Source: Utricularia gibba (Eukaryota; Plantae; Magnoliophyta). From it: DNA of 64,000 nucleotides. The stretch lies in contig NEEC01000004.1 of the NCBI GenBank assembly GCA_002189035.1, positions 3,410,001-3,474,000 on the forward strand, read 5' to 3'. The notes under the pieces are model-generated. The model was not told the origin of the DNA, did not search any database, and was given only the letters and a program-made list of their open reading frames with translations. Both the position numbers and the translations under genes were made by a program. Below, in pieces: positions 51,016 to 62,858 of the stretch; the first letter of the stretch is position 1, and each line of letters begins with the position of its first letter.

Positions 51016-54000
51016 TCAAAATAACCTATTTACACTCGAGTGTCCCGAACTTGTTGAGGCGCTTTCATCCACACGCTTGATGAATGAGTCTACTTCCTGT
51101 AGCAGTTGTGTCCTCCAGTGAGACCTCTGCTTGTGACGCCGTGGGCGCGACAGAGCAGACACCATGCTGAATAGAAACCGGCGGACGCCGGCGGCGGCAT
51201 CCTCTGCGCTTTCTGCTGCTCTATCAGCATCATCCTCCCTGATGATATCTCCATTCTGGACATCATCATCATACGCACGTCTCCGCCAGGCCTGCAAAAC
51301 GCTATCCAGAATCAACGGACGAAGCAAAGAACATGCAAGGTGTGCGCTTGTCTGTCTCACATGGAAAAGTCTGCAAAGCTCAGAAATATGTGCGGAGTTC
51401 AGATGCCCAAGTTCCATTAGTCTTCGGAATATGATCACCAACTCGATGCTCAGGCTGCTAGGAGTCATGTTCTTGATGATGTTTCTGACGCAGGAATCAC
51501 CAAACAGCAGGATGATCCATCCAGGGACTTCACTCAACTTCATGAAGGCAGCTGCAACGCCTAGAGCAGGCTCGTAGTGAGTGTTGGATGATTTCGGTGT
51601 CAGAGTTGGAGTGACTAGATACATCACAAGCTCTTCGAAGACCACACGCAACCAGATGTCATGTTGGGTTATCAATGATGTGTTTTCCAGATCCTTCATG
51701 GAAAGCAAATATGATAGGCATCGAGAACAATTCATTGCAACTCTGGTATCACTGTAGAATATCATGCCTCCAAGAACAGATGAAATAGATAGAAGATAGC
51801 CATCTTTGAATTTCAGTTCAGATGTCTCTGTGTGTGATATCCATGCAAATAGTTCCACGAGGCAAGAAGATGCAACTAGTTTGACTGATGGGGGCCAAAA
51901 TACAACAGCTTGCATAATTCATGGACACGAATGCAAATATTGCATAAAGGAGCCATGGCAACTTCCTCATCAACGAATGCTTGGAGGTCAACAACATCTG
52001 ATAGGACAGCTCTTAAGCTGTGACCCAATGAAAGCTACTTGAGGATAAAGGAAAACGACAATAAAAAAAAGAATATTCATAATACCTTCTTATGGAGAAA
52101 AAGAGTAACACGAGAAAATGAACGAGAACTTCCCCTGATCTTGCACCCTTTTCCCCATTAAACAAAGTAGATCCCTTTGATAATGCATCACAAACAGTAG
52201 AATCAACAGCCACTGCCAACGACGAATTCAGAAAGATGGTTTTACACGCTTCTTTTAGCACCCCTGCAGTTGAATGGTGCAAAATCAGAGAAAGGACCCC
52301 AGTTGCTACGGAAGCTTCTTCATTCCACCCGTGTGAACTCGCATTTGAAAACATGTATTCCAACAACTGCCGAGTCGATATATAATAAAAAATAAAAATA
52401 AAAATAAAAATAGAAAAACTACTTGCATGAATAGGAAGAATACAAGGCAAAAGTCGCCACCTTTTTTAATATCCCGATCCAAGATCCACTATTGGAGATC
52501 AACTTAGACTGGACTGATTTTAATAAAATGAACATAAACTGAGACGTGGCTGCAAATAACTCTTGGAAAGAAGATAATGAAATGTTAACAATGTCACCCA
52601 GCACTGCATCAATACCATGCATAAAGAAACGATCAGCAGCACCTGGAGCAATGTCAACTATACTTTTGCATATTTTGACAACCGAAATTATCTCATAATT
52701 TTGGTTAGCTTCTTCCAATAGATCTCTCAATAAGCATACAAAAATAAATGCTCCGAAGTTGCCATCTGATCTAACCAACTCAGCAACTACATCCAAATCC
52801 ACTTCTTTAACCGCTTTAAGGCAATGTTCTCCATGAATGCCAACTGTGTTGCATTTGCAAAAATTCAAGATCTGGGAAGATAAGGGTAGGCATAGTTTTT
52901 CTTGTTGCATCATCCATCTCAGTGATATGAAATGGATCTTTGAAGAAAATAAATCCCAGTCCGCTGCATACAACAGCTCAAAAAGTGTACTTTCAGCTTC
53001 AGGGCTATATGGTATTTGGCAACTCGCCTCTGCAAAACCCCTATACAGCCCATAGAGATTTACTATCACGTCTGCTGTGATGACGTTTGAAGCATCACGG
53101 AGGAAATCACTCAAGTTCAGTAGAATAAATTGCTCCAATGAAGCTAGCACCAAGTTGTCATCAGCAACCCTTCCAAAAAAGAAAGAAATTGAAAGCTTCG
53201 TAATTAACAGAAGCGAATGGCATACGAGATGTTGTAGTAATATTAGCAAGAAAATATACCTGTCATCATAAAGTGAACTTAAATAGAGCAGTAAAAGGAC
53301 TGCTGATTGGCAAGTGTACAGTTCTAGATTATGATAACTCTTCTGACCGAGAAGGAATAGTAAATCTTTAGGGTCAGATGGCAGATGAACAGCCGCATCC
53401 TTAATTGTTTTCCCATATTCAGAACCCAGAAGCACATCTGTAAGGGAATTGAAACTCAGATAAACCATTAATTTCATTTTATTCGAGGGAAACAAGCCCA
53501 AACATCCAAAGGAAACACTAAACCACGACGATGAAACTACATCCTCAGCAAAGCTCTTAGTATGAGTGTTGGAATCTTGAACCAGCATGAAAATGAGAGT
53601 TTCAATCAGTCCCAAGGCAAAAGCCTCCTCTTCCAACTCATTTACTTTCAGAATGAACCAAGGTAATATCTTTAATTTGAAGATATTCAAAATGAAAGGC
53701 TTTAGTTCACTCACTGAAGAGGTAAGGCATACGTTTTCTAGCCCATATGCATAAGCTTCCTTCAAAAGGTACAGAGAGTGCAAAATTTGGTCCATGGTTA
53801 CAAAAGCACATTTCGTGCATGTTGAAACAACAGACGCCAATGTGTCTTTGATTACTGCAACCAAGCTTGAATTTCCATGAGACGATGTGCACTTCATGAT
53901 AGCAACAAGCAGTGAACAGGATAGACTGAATGTCTCGGGAAGAATTTCAATATTGTTACTAAACATTCCTGCCAAGATGCTGCTTATTTCTTCACTTGTG

Positions 54001-56354
54001 CTTGAAGACACCAACCCCGGACTATTCAATACAAAACTTAAAACAAGCTTCAACAGAGGGCAGTGCATAGGGTGCAAAGAAATAGTAGCTACATAATGCA
54101 GGATGGGAATCAGAGTTGAGAACCCTATAGCAAGTCTTGGTCTAAAGGATTGTTCAGCAGAAGATAACAGAACAAGAAGCTGAATTGCAGAATTGGCAAT
54201 TGGATCTTTGTTTCCTAGATATCAACAATACAGAAAAGGTAAAAAGAAAAAGATAGTGAAAGAATACACTGTTAACATGCGCATAAAACAAATTGAGTAT
54301 CCATAATAGAAATGAAGCGGAAGAAATTTCAAGGATTATCAATCAGACAGTATCGACTAACAAGTACCCATTACATTCAAAAAAGTTTGTTATTCACAAA
54401 TTCAGACTCATAGTAAATGATAGGTAAGTGGGCATTTGATATAACAATAATTGTTTGATACCACCAGGAAGAGATTATGAGCAGCATCTATTTGATACAA
54501 CAATTACAGAAAACACAGCACTTATTGAGAAAAATGGACTAGCACCAGGAAAAAGCTGGGCTGGGAAAAATCTTACTGATTACATTTGTAAGACACTTAC
54601 CAGATAATCTCAGTACTTCAAATATGTAATCTGCAACATCCTCCTTTATGAATACATTAAGTTCATTCTCTGAGGACTTTGCCCCAGATAGGTACATAAA
54701 CACTAAGTCCAGCATGGCTGTCTGAACTTTAGTGTCAGAAGAAAGGAGGGGCCCCTTGACTGCTTCTGCAAACAACACATCCAAATGGCGTCCATCCATG
54801 TCAGATTCTGTCATTTGCGTGAAATTGCCACCAACGAAGCCATCTATACTCCCGGAAGTTTTTGAGTTTCCACTCTGAAAGAGCCCCTTCCTAGCCAATA
54901 CCATTAGAAATGCTGCAAGACAATAAGAAGTTGTTTTAATAGATACGTAAGCACAAGGATGACCTACATGCACATTTTCAACTTCATCATGAAATAATCA
55001 ACAAAGAAATCTCCCACTTAATTCTAGGATGCAAAGTGATATTTGCCCTGTCGTCACTCATGAGTAGATGAGAGAAATGAAAGTTTCTTATGTGTTTAAC
55101 GCTGAAAAAGATATCATGCTTCGAATAAATGAGTAATGCCGGAGAAAGAAAAAGATCGTTGGACTGAGATTTCTGAACAATATAAAATAAAAGATCAAGG
55201 AGAAGAAATTAACCGATGCAATTGAAGCGAACATCATCACTTTGGCTTTTCACGAGGATTTCAAGTGATAGTTCGAAAATCTTAGGGAAGTATGATACGA
55301 AGCTATCTGTGGCACTATCATCCACATATGTGAAGCACATGAGTGATAACCGATACAAGACAAACAAAATCTCCCCTTGAATCTGATCACTACATTTCAA
55401 TGGAATTAAATGTATAAGCATTGCTTAAGGAAACAAAGATTAACAACTTACTCAAACATTAGATTCACTTACTTCGACAACTGGAGGCCGGTAACAAGAC
55501 TGCAAAGGAGGCCATCTTTGTTTTTTATAGAGTTGTACGCATCAAAATGATCACCTTCCTCCAGAAGGACCCCAAAGCAGTGGATCTGCGATCCGAGATA
55601 TGATATAACAAACATGGACAGAGAAATAACAGTGGTGTAACAATTACTTATTGTTCGCAAGTTGCCATCGCTGGAGTCAATGATATTCACTTGACTATCA
55701 TCTCCATCAATTTACAAATTCGAAAGGAACCCTTCAACACGGCTGATGCAGTAGGAACACAATCAATGTCGTGGCAAATAATTAACAATCATCTCCCAAC
55801 TGCCCAAATCTTAACAGTCTAGTTATGCATAAAAATACTCCCATTGCAAAAGCAATACCAAAGCAATACAAAGACGAATAAGAAAGAGAAACCATCCGTA
55901 AAATTACCATGTAAAATTGACGACGGCTCCAACCCAACGAACCACTAGAAAGCCAATCCGAAACTCTAGCTACGAATTCCTTGTAAATTTCCGAATTTCC
56001 GTTGCAGTTGGAGGCATCGCATAAGCGTTGGATCATTTCGATGGTTTGCTTAGCGATAGGCTCATCGTCGAAGTTGGATAAGACATGAAGAAGAGGAGAA
56101 ATAAGTAGATGAGAGTGCATGGCGAGAAGAGAATGGAGGAAGTGGGGCTGGAAAAAGGCTTGAGAAAGCTGCGATAGAGCGTAGGAGACATGCACGGTGG
56201 GCGATTTCGGGTTGTTCAGCAGATTCGAAAAGCAGAGGAGGCAGATGCTGCCGCCCTCCGCCGTGGGAATGACGAAAATGCTCCGGTGGCCTTGACCGCA
56301 GGTTTCCGGCGGCATCGCCAGCGGTGATTGGCCGGCACCCTCGATAGAGTACAT
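51016..56354 (-). CDS. PRD1: PUTATIVE RECOMBINATION INITIATION DEFECT 1 (meiotic DSB factor, MEI1-related), multi-exon
   Basis: CGQGHRS....AEGGSICLLCFSNLL.NPKSPTVHVSYALSQLS, LSSGSLGWSRRQ, GEILFVLYRLS, KSQSDDVRFNC resemble the Arabidopsis PRD1 N-terminus. Long downstream exons end at 51016. Confidence 0.92.
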
Positions 56355-56479
56355 CTGTCCCGCGTGAAAAAACAAAAAAAAAAAAAGGGCAGAACTCCTC
56401 CAGTATGGGGGCGGCAGAGGAACCACCTGATCATTAGAATTAGAAGCAAGGTGGTGGTATTAGTGTCAGGTGCATTAAG

Positions 56480-57040
56480 TTTGCACTCTAACCTATTTTC
56501 AAATTTTGTTTGAAAATTATATAATATTTATCTAACATTTTCAAAATACTTTACGTTAATATTCGATTTATAAAATAAAACATAAAAAATAGAAATACAT
56601 AAAACTTAATCTTTAAATTTTCAAATCATAATACTAAATCTGAAATTTAAAAATTCTATAGTCTAAAACTTAAATCTTAAATCTTAAATCCTTAAATATT
56701 AAATCGTAAAAATAGTCTAAACTTTAAATCTTAAACTCTAAAATTTAAATTTAAAATCCAAAACTAAATCCCAATCATGAAATCCTAAACACTAAATAAG
56801 TAACCGTACAAAATTGTGAAACCTTAAACCCTAAATCATTAATTGTAAAAACTAATCATAAATTATGAAAACTTAATATATAATATTCCTAAGTTATAAA
56901 TACTAAATATTAAACTTTAAAATTGAACCCCTAAATTTTAAATCCAAAATTATTATTAATAACATAAAAACCGAAAAAACCATAAAAATAGGGTAAAAAA
57001 AGGGTATATTTTAGGGAACAACTTTCAAGATTCATATAAA
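56480..57040. mobile_element. AT-rich non-autonomous element remnant with TAAACCCTAAA-like subterminal repeats (MULE/MITE-like)
   Basis: Reiterated TTAAATCTTAAA / AAACCCTAAA motifs at 56600-56950 in the PRD1 upstream region. Termini not resolved. Confidence 0.4.
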
Positions 57041-57233
57041 TTACTGGTGTTGGTGACAAAATCGACCAAAATTATTTAGAAGATTGTCTCCGTACATATC
57101 ATTGAAGCAGGAAAAATGCATTGGTTTGAATGTTGAAATGGGGGTGGTCGTAAAATCCGCACACGAAGAGCAAGGAATCAGGGGCATTGATAAGGATTCT
57201 CCCCACACAAGGCAAGGCAGGTAGCTCCTCTTG

Positions 57234-57240
57234 TATAAAT
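57234..57240 (+). promoter_or_regulatory. TATA box of the candidate peptide gene
   Basis: TATAAAT about 42 nt upstream of the ATG at 57282. Confidence 0.5.
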
Positions 57241-57281
57241 TTCCACACCCCGGAGGTGTATTTCATACATATTTGATCTCC

Positions 57282-57741
57282 ATGGCCAAGACAGCTGCAG
57301 TTGTTTTCGCAATCTTGGTGTTCATCATGGCGGCGCTGATCCCCAAGGTGAGCTCTGTTTTCATGAGAATGAGAATCACTCTTCTTTCTCGTCGTCTATG
57401 TAATCAGATCAATGTGCCACTTGATAGATAGATAGATAGATAGAGGGATCAATTTTTCTGTTTTCTTTTCTTTTCGTTTATACGGAATGCGGGGTTTCAA
57501 ACCCAAAAACATCTCCCTCCCAGATGAGTAGGAGAGCAATGCAATTAGGGCGTAGATCACTGAGATATTGGTGGTGGTGGTTGTCTTTTTTGAAGGTGCG
57601 GCTGCGGCTGCGGCAGCATCATCGCCGAACAGCAACAGGAAGATTTCGGGGCCGGTGGGAGAATCGAAGCGTGTGATTGAGATCCACCCAACTCCCTACG
57701 GGACGCCGTTCCCATGGCCACCAGTCCACCACCACCCCTGA
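57282..57741 (+). CDS. Candidate small secreted peptide precursor, 2 exons (57282-57347, 57596-57741), RGF/GLV/CLEL-like C-terminus
   Basis: Exon 1 MAKTAAVVFAILVFIMAALIP (signal-peptide-like) with donor AG|GTGAGC. Exon 2 after TTTTTTGAAG encodes GAAAAAAASSPNSNRKISGPVGESKRVIEIHPTPYGTPFPWPPVHHHP*. The join needs +1 C in the CCCC run at about 57340-57344, or an alternative acceptor at 57555. Confidence 0.6.
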
Positions 57742-58651
57742 TCCTGACCTGAACAACAACTTTCCCCCGTCGAGCTGATTACAATAAAGTTCCTCTGTCG
57801 GGGGATTCGCATCGCCGTCTTCTTCTGAAAGCGCAGAGCCCTGTGCTGGCTGTCCTTGCTTTCCTTATCCTTAATATTAATATGTTCAGGTTGTGACTTG
57901 TGCAACAAGAACATGCGTTTCATCAACATCCAACCATAACTTAAATTATCAAAACTTGATATATAATATTCCAAAGTTATAAATACTAAATATTAAACTT
58001 TAAAATTGAACCCCTAAATTTTAAATCCAAAAATATTATTAATAACATGACAAATAGAACAAAATGCAAAGAATAACTTATTTTCCGGTAATTTACAAAT
58101 CTTTGTTATGGTCAATTTTTATTGTTCTTAGATGTTTAATGAAATACATGAAAACTTGTAAAAGGAAATTAAGGGGATGAGTGACATTAAAATGGGTAAA
58201 TCTTAACTCAATATATAACTAGTGAAGATCATCACAGCCACAGGCCATACCCCTCCCACTTATACTTGTGTGTAATCTTAATTTTTTTTCCTTTGATTTT
58301 TAATCTAAATTTACCAAAAGAGCAAAATGTCAGTTATGCTTTTTACAATAAATTAATTATATATTCTTGAAATTACATAACATCAATTTATTCTAATTAT
58401 CTTTTTCGAAAAAATATTCAGTCATATTTTATTTATGACACCGCTAATTTTTAAATTTTGATAGTATTTGATTTATAGGGATAGAATAATAAAATTGGAT
58501 TTAAAAAATTACACATGTTTGGTAAATAATTAATTATATATTGTAGGTGAATATGGGTATATTCTGTTGGATATTGTTTTTAAAAAGGAAAAAAAAAAGA
58601 ATCAGATATATACGATCTCACATGACATAAATAGGGCGCCCCCCGTCCCGT

Positions 58652-59032
58652 CTTATCCTATCCATCTCCGAGGATTGTGGATAAATACAAACAAATTAGA
58701 TGACGCGGAAACGAGGTCACGTGCATTTACGCCACCCCCCGATGCACCGCACTTTCTTCTTTAATTCCAATAAATAAAGAAATATTATACCACCGGGATT
58801 TATGGTCAAAATCAAATTTATCCTAGAAAGGATATGAGCAGGAAAATCTCCCCCTAATTAAATAAATTATTTAAAAATACATATTTACATACATATATAC
58901 ACACATACATGCGTATATGGATGTATCCCTTGCAACGGGGATATGATCTGCTCCTGGGGCCATATCCTATCTATCGAATATCAACTTTGTGCGTATCTGT
59001 AACCGTGAGGGACGTCGCCACGCCTATAAATA
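58652..59032 (+). promoter_or_regulatory. STP promoter motifs: CTTATCC/TATCCA (58652-58664), G-box CACGTG (58718-58723), TATA box (59025-59032)
   Basis: Motifs read directly from the sequence. TATCCA plus G-box is an established sugar-starvation signature. Function here is untested. Confidence 0.4.
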
Positions 59033-59114
59033 CCCTTCCCCCAAAACACACTCTCCACCTTTTCGCCTTCTTCTACAGATTTTCCTTTTCGGGTGGGTAG
59101 CTAAGGCGACACAG

Positions 59115-60978
59115 ATGGCCGGCGGTGGTGGCTTTGGAGACCTTCCTCAGGCCGGGAAAGGCTATCCCGGAAACTTGACCCAGTTCGTCATCGTTACTTG
59201 CGTCATTGCTGCCATGGGCGGTTTGATTTTCGGCTACGATATTGGGATTTCAGGTTCCTTGTTCGTTTCTGTGTTTCGGTTATTAAAGGGTACACAGTGT
59301 CGATTGGCGGATTGATTTTTTCGATTACAGGAGGTGTAACGTCGATGGATTCGTTTCTGAAGCAGTTCTTCCCATCGGTGTACCATAGGGAGCAGGCGTT
59401 TACCGAGGATACTGTGCACGCTGTTAATCAGTACTGCAGATTCGATAGCGTTACCTTGACGCTGTTCACTTCTTCGCTGTACTTAGCGGCGCTGGTATCC
59501 TCGCTCGTGGCCTCGACGATTACTAGAAAACTCGGGAGGAAGCGGTCCATGCTTTGCGGTGGCTTGCTTTTCATGATCGGTGCCTTGGTGAATGGTTTCG
59601 CTCGTGCGGTATGGATGCTTATCACTGGCCGGATTTTCCTTGGGTTCGGCATTGGTTTCGCGAACCAGGTAAAAAGCCAAGTCCGGATCTTGTTTTATCG
59701 TACATGCTGTTGCGAGGACGTCCGAGTATCGGCGCTTTTTTGTGTTTTGTTTTTTCGTTTTGGAATCTGATATGTGAAATGCGGGGTATCCCTTGGTTCT
59801 GCAGTCCGTGCCACTGTATCTCTCAGAGATGGCACCATACAAATTCAGAGGAGCACTCAACATTGGGTTTCAGCTCTCCATCACAATAGGCATTTTGGCT
59901 GCAAATCTCTTGAACTACGGATTCGCCAAGATCAGTGGGGCTGGGGTTGGCGTCTGAGTTTGGGAGGCGCCGTGGTGCCGGCCCTCATCATCACCTTTGG
60001 CTCTTTGATTCTCCCAGAAACACCGAACTCGTTGATCGAACGCGGCGACGTAGAAGTTGCCCGAGAAAAACTGAGAAAAATCAGGGGCGTCGTTGATGTA
60101 GACCAAGAGTTCAATGACTTGATAGCAGCGAGTGAAGCTTCAAACAAAGTGAAGCACCCATGGAGAAACCTTCTTCAGAGACGATACAGGCCCCATCTCA
60201 CAATGGCGATCGCCATCCCATTTTTCCAACAGTTCACCGGCATAAATGTCATCATGTTTTATGCTCCTGTTCTTTTCAGAACAATTGGGTTTGGAAGCGA
60301 GGCCTCTTTGGCATCTGCCGTCATCACCGGCGCCGTCAACGTCTTCGCAACCGTAGTCTCCATATACGGCGTTGATAAATGGGGAAGAAGGTTCCTGTTC
60401 CTCGAAGGAGGCATTCAAATGCTGATCTGCCAGGTATCCATCCAACATTTACACCCATTTCATTGATTAGACAAATTCCCAGAAAGCATTTGAAATCCAA
60501 ACTCGTGTGTTGAATTCACTCACAGATCGTGGTGGCGATCTGCATCGGCTTAAAGTTCGGGATCAATGGGAACCCAGGGGATCTACCCAGATGGTACGCC
60601 ATTTTGGTGGTGCTGTTCATCTGCGTGTACGTTGCAGGGTTCGCGTGGTCATGGGGCCCTCTCGGGTGGTTGGTTCCCAGCGAGATCTTCCCTCTGGAGA
60701 TTCGATCTGCGGCCCAGAGCATCAATGTGTCAGTGAACATGATCTTCACATTCATCGTGGCCCAGGCCTTCCTAACAATGCTGTGTCACATGAAGTTCGG
60801 ATTGTTCTTGTTCTTCGGCTTCTTCGTGTTGGCGATGACGTTCTTCATCTACTTTTTCCTGCCGGAGACGAAGAACATTCCGATCGAAGAGATGGCGGTG
60901 GTGTGGAAGCAGCACTGGTTCTGGTCGAGGTTCATGGCGGACGAGGGTGGGGACCTGGAGATGAACGTCAAAGCATGA
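59115..60978 (+). CDS. STP1: Sugar transport protein (MFS hexose/H+ symporter, STP1/STP12 clade); 4 exons (59115-59253, 59331-59668, 59805-60433, 60526-60978); apparent -1 frameshift in exon 3
   Basis: [96 protein letters not shown]. Confidence 0.93.
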
Positions 60979-61361
60979 TCTGGACTCTGGAGTAGTAGTA
61001 GTAGTAGTCGTCATGCATTCGGCGCTAATTAATTACTTAGGTGGATAATTATTATGTCTTTTGGTTTTATCATACTTTAGAGTATTAGCAACTTTTGTTC
61101 CTTATACGGTGTGCGTTGTCTGGATGATTTTAATTCTATGATATTCAGTGTCGCAATATTATCATTTTTCTTTTTTTGACAAGACATGGAGACGACAACC
61201 ACTGGGTTGAGGTTGGAAACGCGCCGTAGAGTAGAATGAATTATCAAGGAAAGGGGGTGACCGGGTCACGAGGCAAGGCATGTGTCACGTGATATCTGCT
61301 TTTGAGGACCGCCGCGTTTCTTTGTCATTGTCACATACCTTACACTTTTATTTCATGCCTA

Positions 61362-61483
61362 GCTTTAATTGGGAAAATACCCCCTACAAAAAACATAAAT
61401 CCCAAAACCTTGAACCTCATTCGTTAAAACATACAACTGTGAAATATAAAAGGAGAAGGCCGCTTTAATTGGGAAAATACCCC
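61362..61483 (+). repeat. Exact 22-bp direct repeat GCTTTAATTGGGAAAATACCCC, period 100 bp
   Basis: Copies at 61362-61383 and 61462-61483. Confidence 0.85.
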
Positions 61484-62858
61484 AATTCAATTATCTTAAA
61501 CTTCTAAATTCATGGACGATTTAAATATAATGAATTTAATAGAGAATCACTTACCTACAACATATACTTATCTGGAGAGGAAGGTAGATATTACTTCATG
61601 TTGAAGTACATAAGTAACAATTATATGAAAATTTAATTACTTATTCAATCATACATTGGCTTTCATTAACATGCATACCTTCATGATAACAAATCATGTT
61701 GAATACATAAATAATGTTTTTATGCTCAACTTGATAACAGTCATTTTTTTTTTCATTGTTTAGGTTGTAAAATCAATATATTTAATAATAAAACTACGTG
61801 TTTTATGTTTGATTTTTTATAAAATTAATGATAATTACATTTTGTGTGTAAAAATGGATTAAATCTATGATTCAGTCCACCTTATGTTTTCTAATGTTTG
61901 CATATATGATAACAGGAGGGTTATAGGATAAATTAGGTTTACTTTAAATGTATAAAATGGACAAAGTGCATCATATAAGGAGGTGACCAGAGAGATTATT
62001 CTAAACGACAACACTTTGTAAGTTCACAACAAGAATAATACAGAAGTTAGGAATAATAGACACTTCAGAAAAGTGAAAGAAACAAAAATGATGGAAGATA
62101 TTTTTTGAAAGTATGATATTTTTCAAAAAAAATTATTATTTTAGAATGCATTGATTTTGGAAGAGATATAAAATCATATTTGTATCTATATAATTTACTT
62201 ATATGTCAAATTCAGGAGTTGTTATAATGTTGTTTATATTATGCATATTTGAAGCAAATTTTAAATATTTAAGTACATTTGATGTTAATATTAAATTTTT
62301 AATTCACTTTTTTAATTGTTTTTGTCATATGCACATAATTAATATACATTTTAAAAAAATTGTTAAAATCACATTTGATGTAATAAAAATGAATTTTTAA
62401 ATATATCTAGAGTAAATATAAAAAAATAGATATATTTGATGCAATTAATAATAAAGTGAAATACCTTTCATTTTAATTACCACACTGAGACGTCAGCTTT
62501 GATTATTGCTTTTTTTTTTCAAGAAAATTAGCAAACAACTTCACCTTAGTAACGAATTTTTAATTATTATTATTGTGGATTATAACTATAATTTCTATGG
62601 TTTTTTTTTGTGTTCTCAAAATGGTACTGCATAAGTATCAATGACCGTCGGCTGCCTATTTATTTGAATATATATTTTTATATATAATGTATGTAGGTTT
62701 ATGGAGGGAAGGAGGTGGAGAGGATAAGGTTCCTGGGAATTCAGTGTGGCGCAAGCTTCTTGAATCTTTTCAAACCCCGCGCTCCTTCCGCCCTTTAAAT
62801 CCACCCACCGGAATCCCTCACCATCACCATTTCGAATTTTGAATCACTCGATTCAGGA

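Larger units (their letters stand above)
56860..58048 (+). repeat. 106-bp direct repeat pair (56860-56965 and 57943-58048), 4 mismatches
   Basis: AAATTAT.AAAACTT.ATATATAATATTCC.AAGTTATAAATACTAAATATTAAACTTTAAAATTGAACCCCTAAATTTTAAATCCAAAA.TATTATTAATAACAT in both copies. Confidence 0.9.

Noticed and set aside
49398-51577. Plus-strand ORFs 49398-49745 and 51164-51577
   Set aside because: Antisense shadows of the VAL 5' leader and the GC-rich PRD1 last exons.
56820-56840. Interstitial telomere repeat (AAACCCTAAA)
   Set aside because: Isolated motifs within a degenerate TE-like repeat, not a tandem array.
57396-57974. Minus-strand ORFs 57396-57635 and 57696-57974 as genes
   Set aside because: They lack a proper ATG context or splice logic and are shadows of the plus-strand peptide exon and the repeat.
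61362-61483. CRISPR-like repeat-spacer-repeat
   Set aside because: Only two copies, plant nuclear context, no cas genes.
62700-62858. E2F sites in the TSO2 promoter
   Set aside because: Only partial cores (TGGCGC, CCCCGCGC). No full TTTSSCGS match was found by eye.
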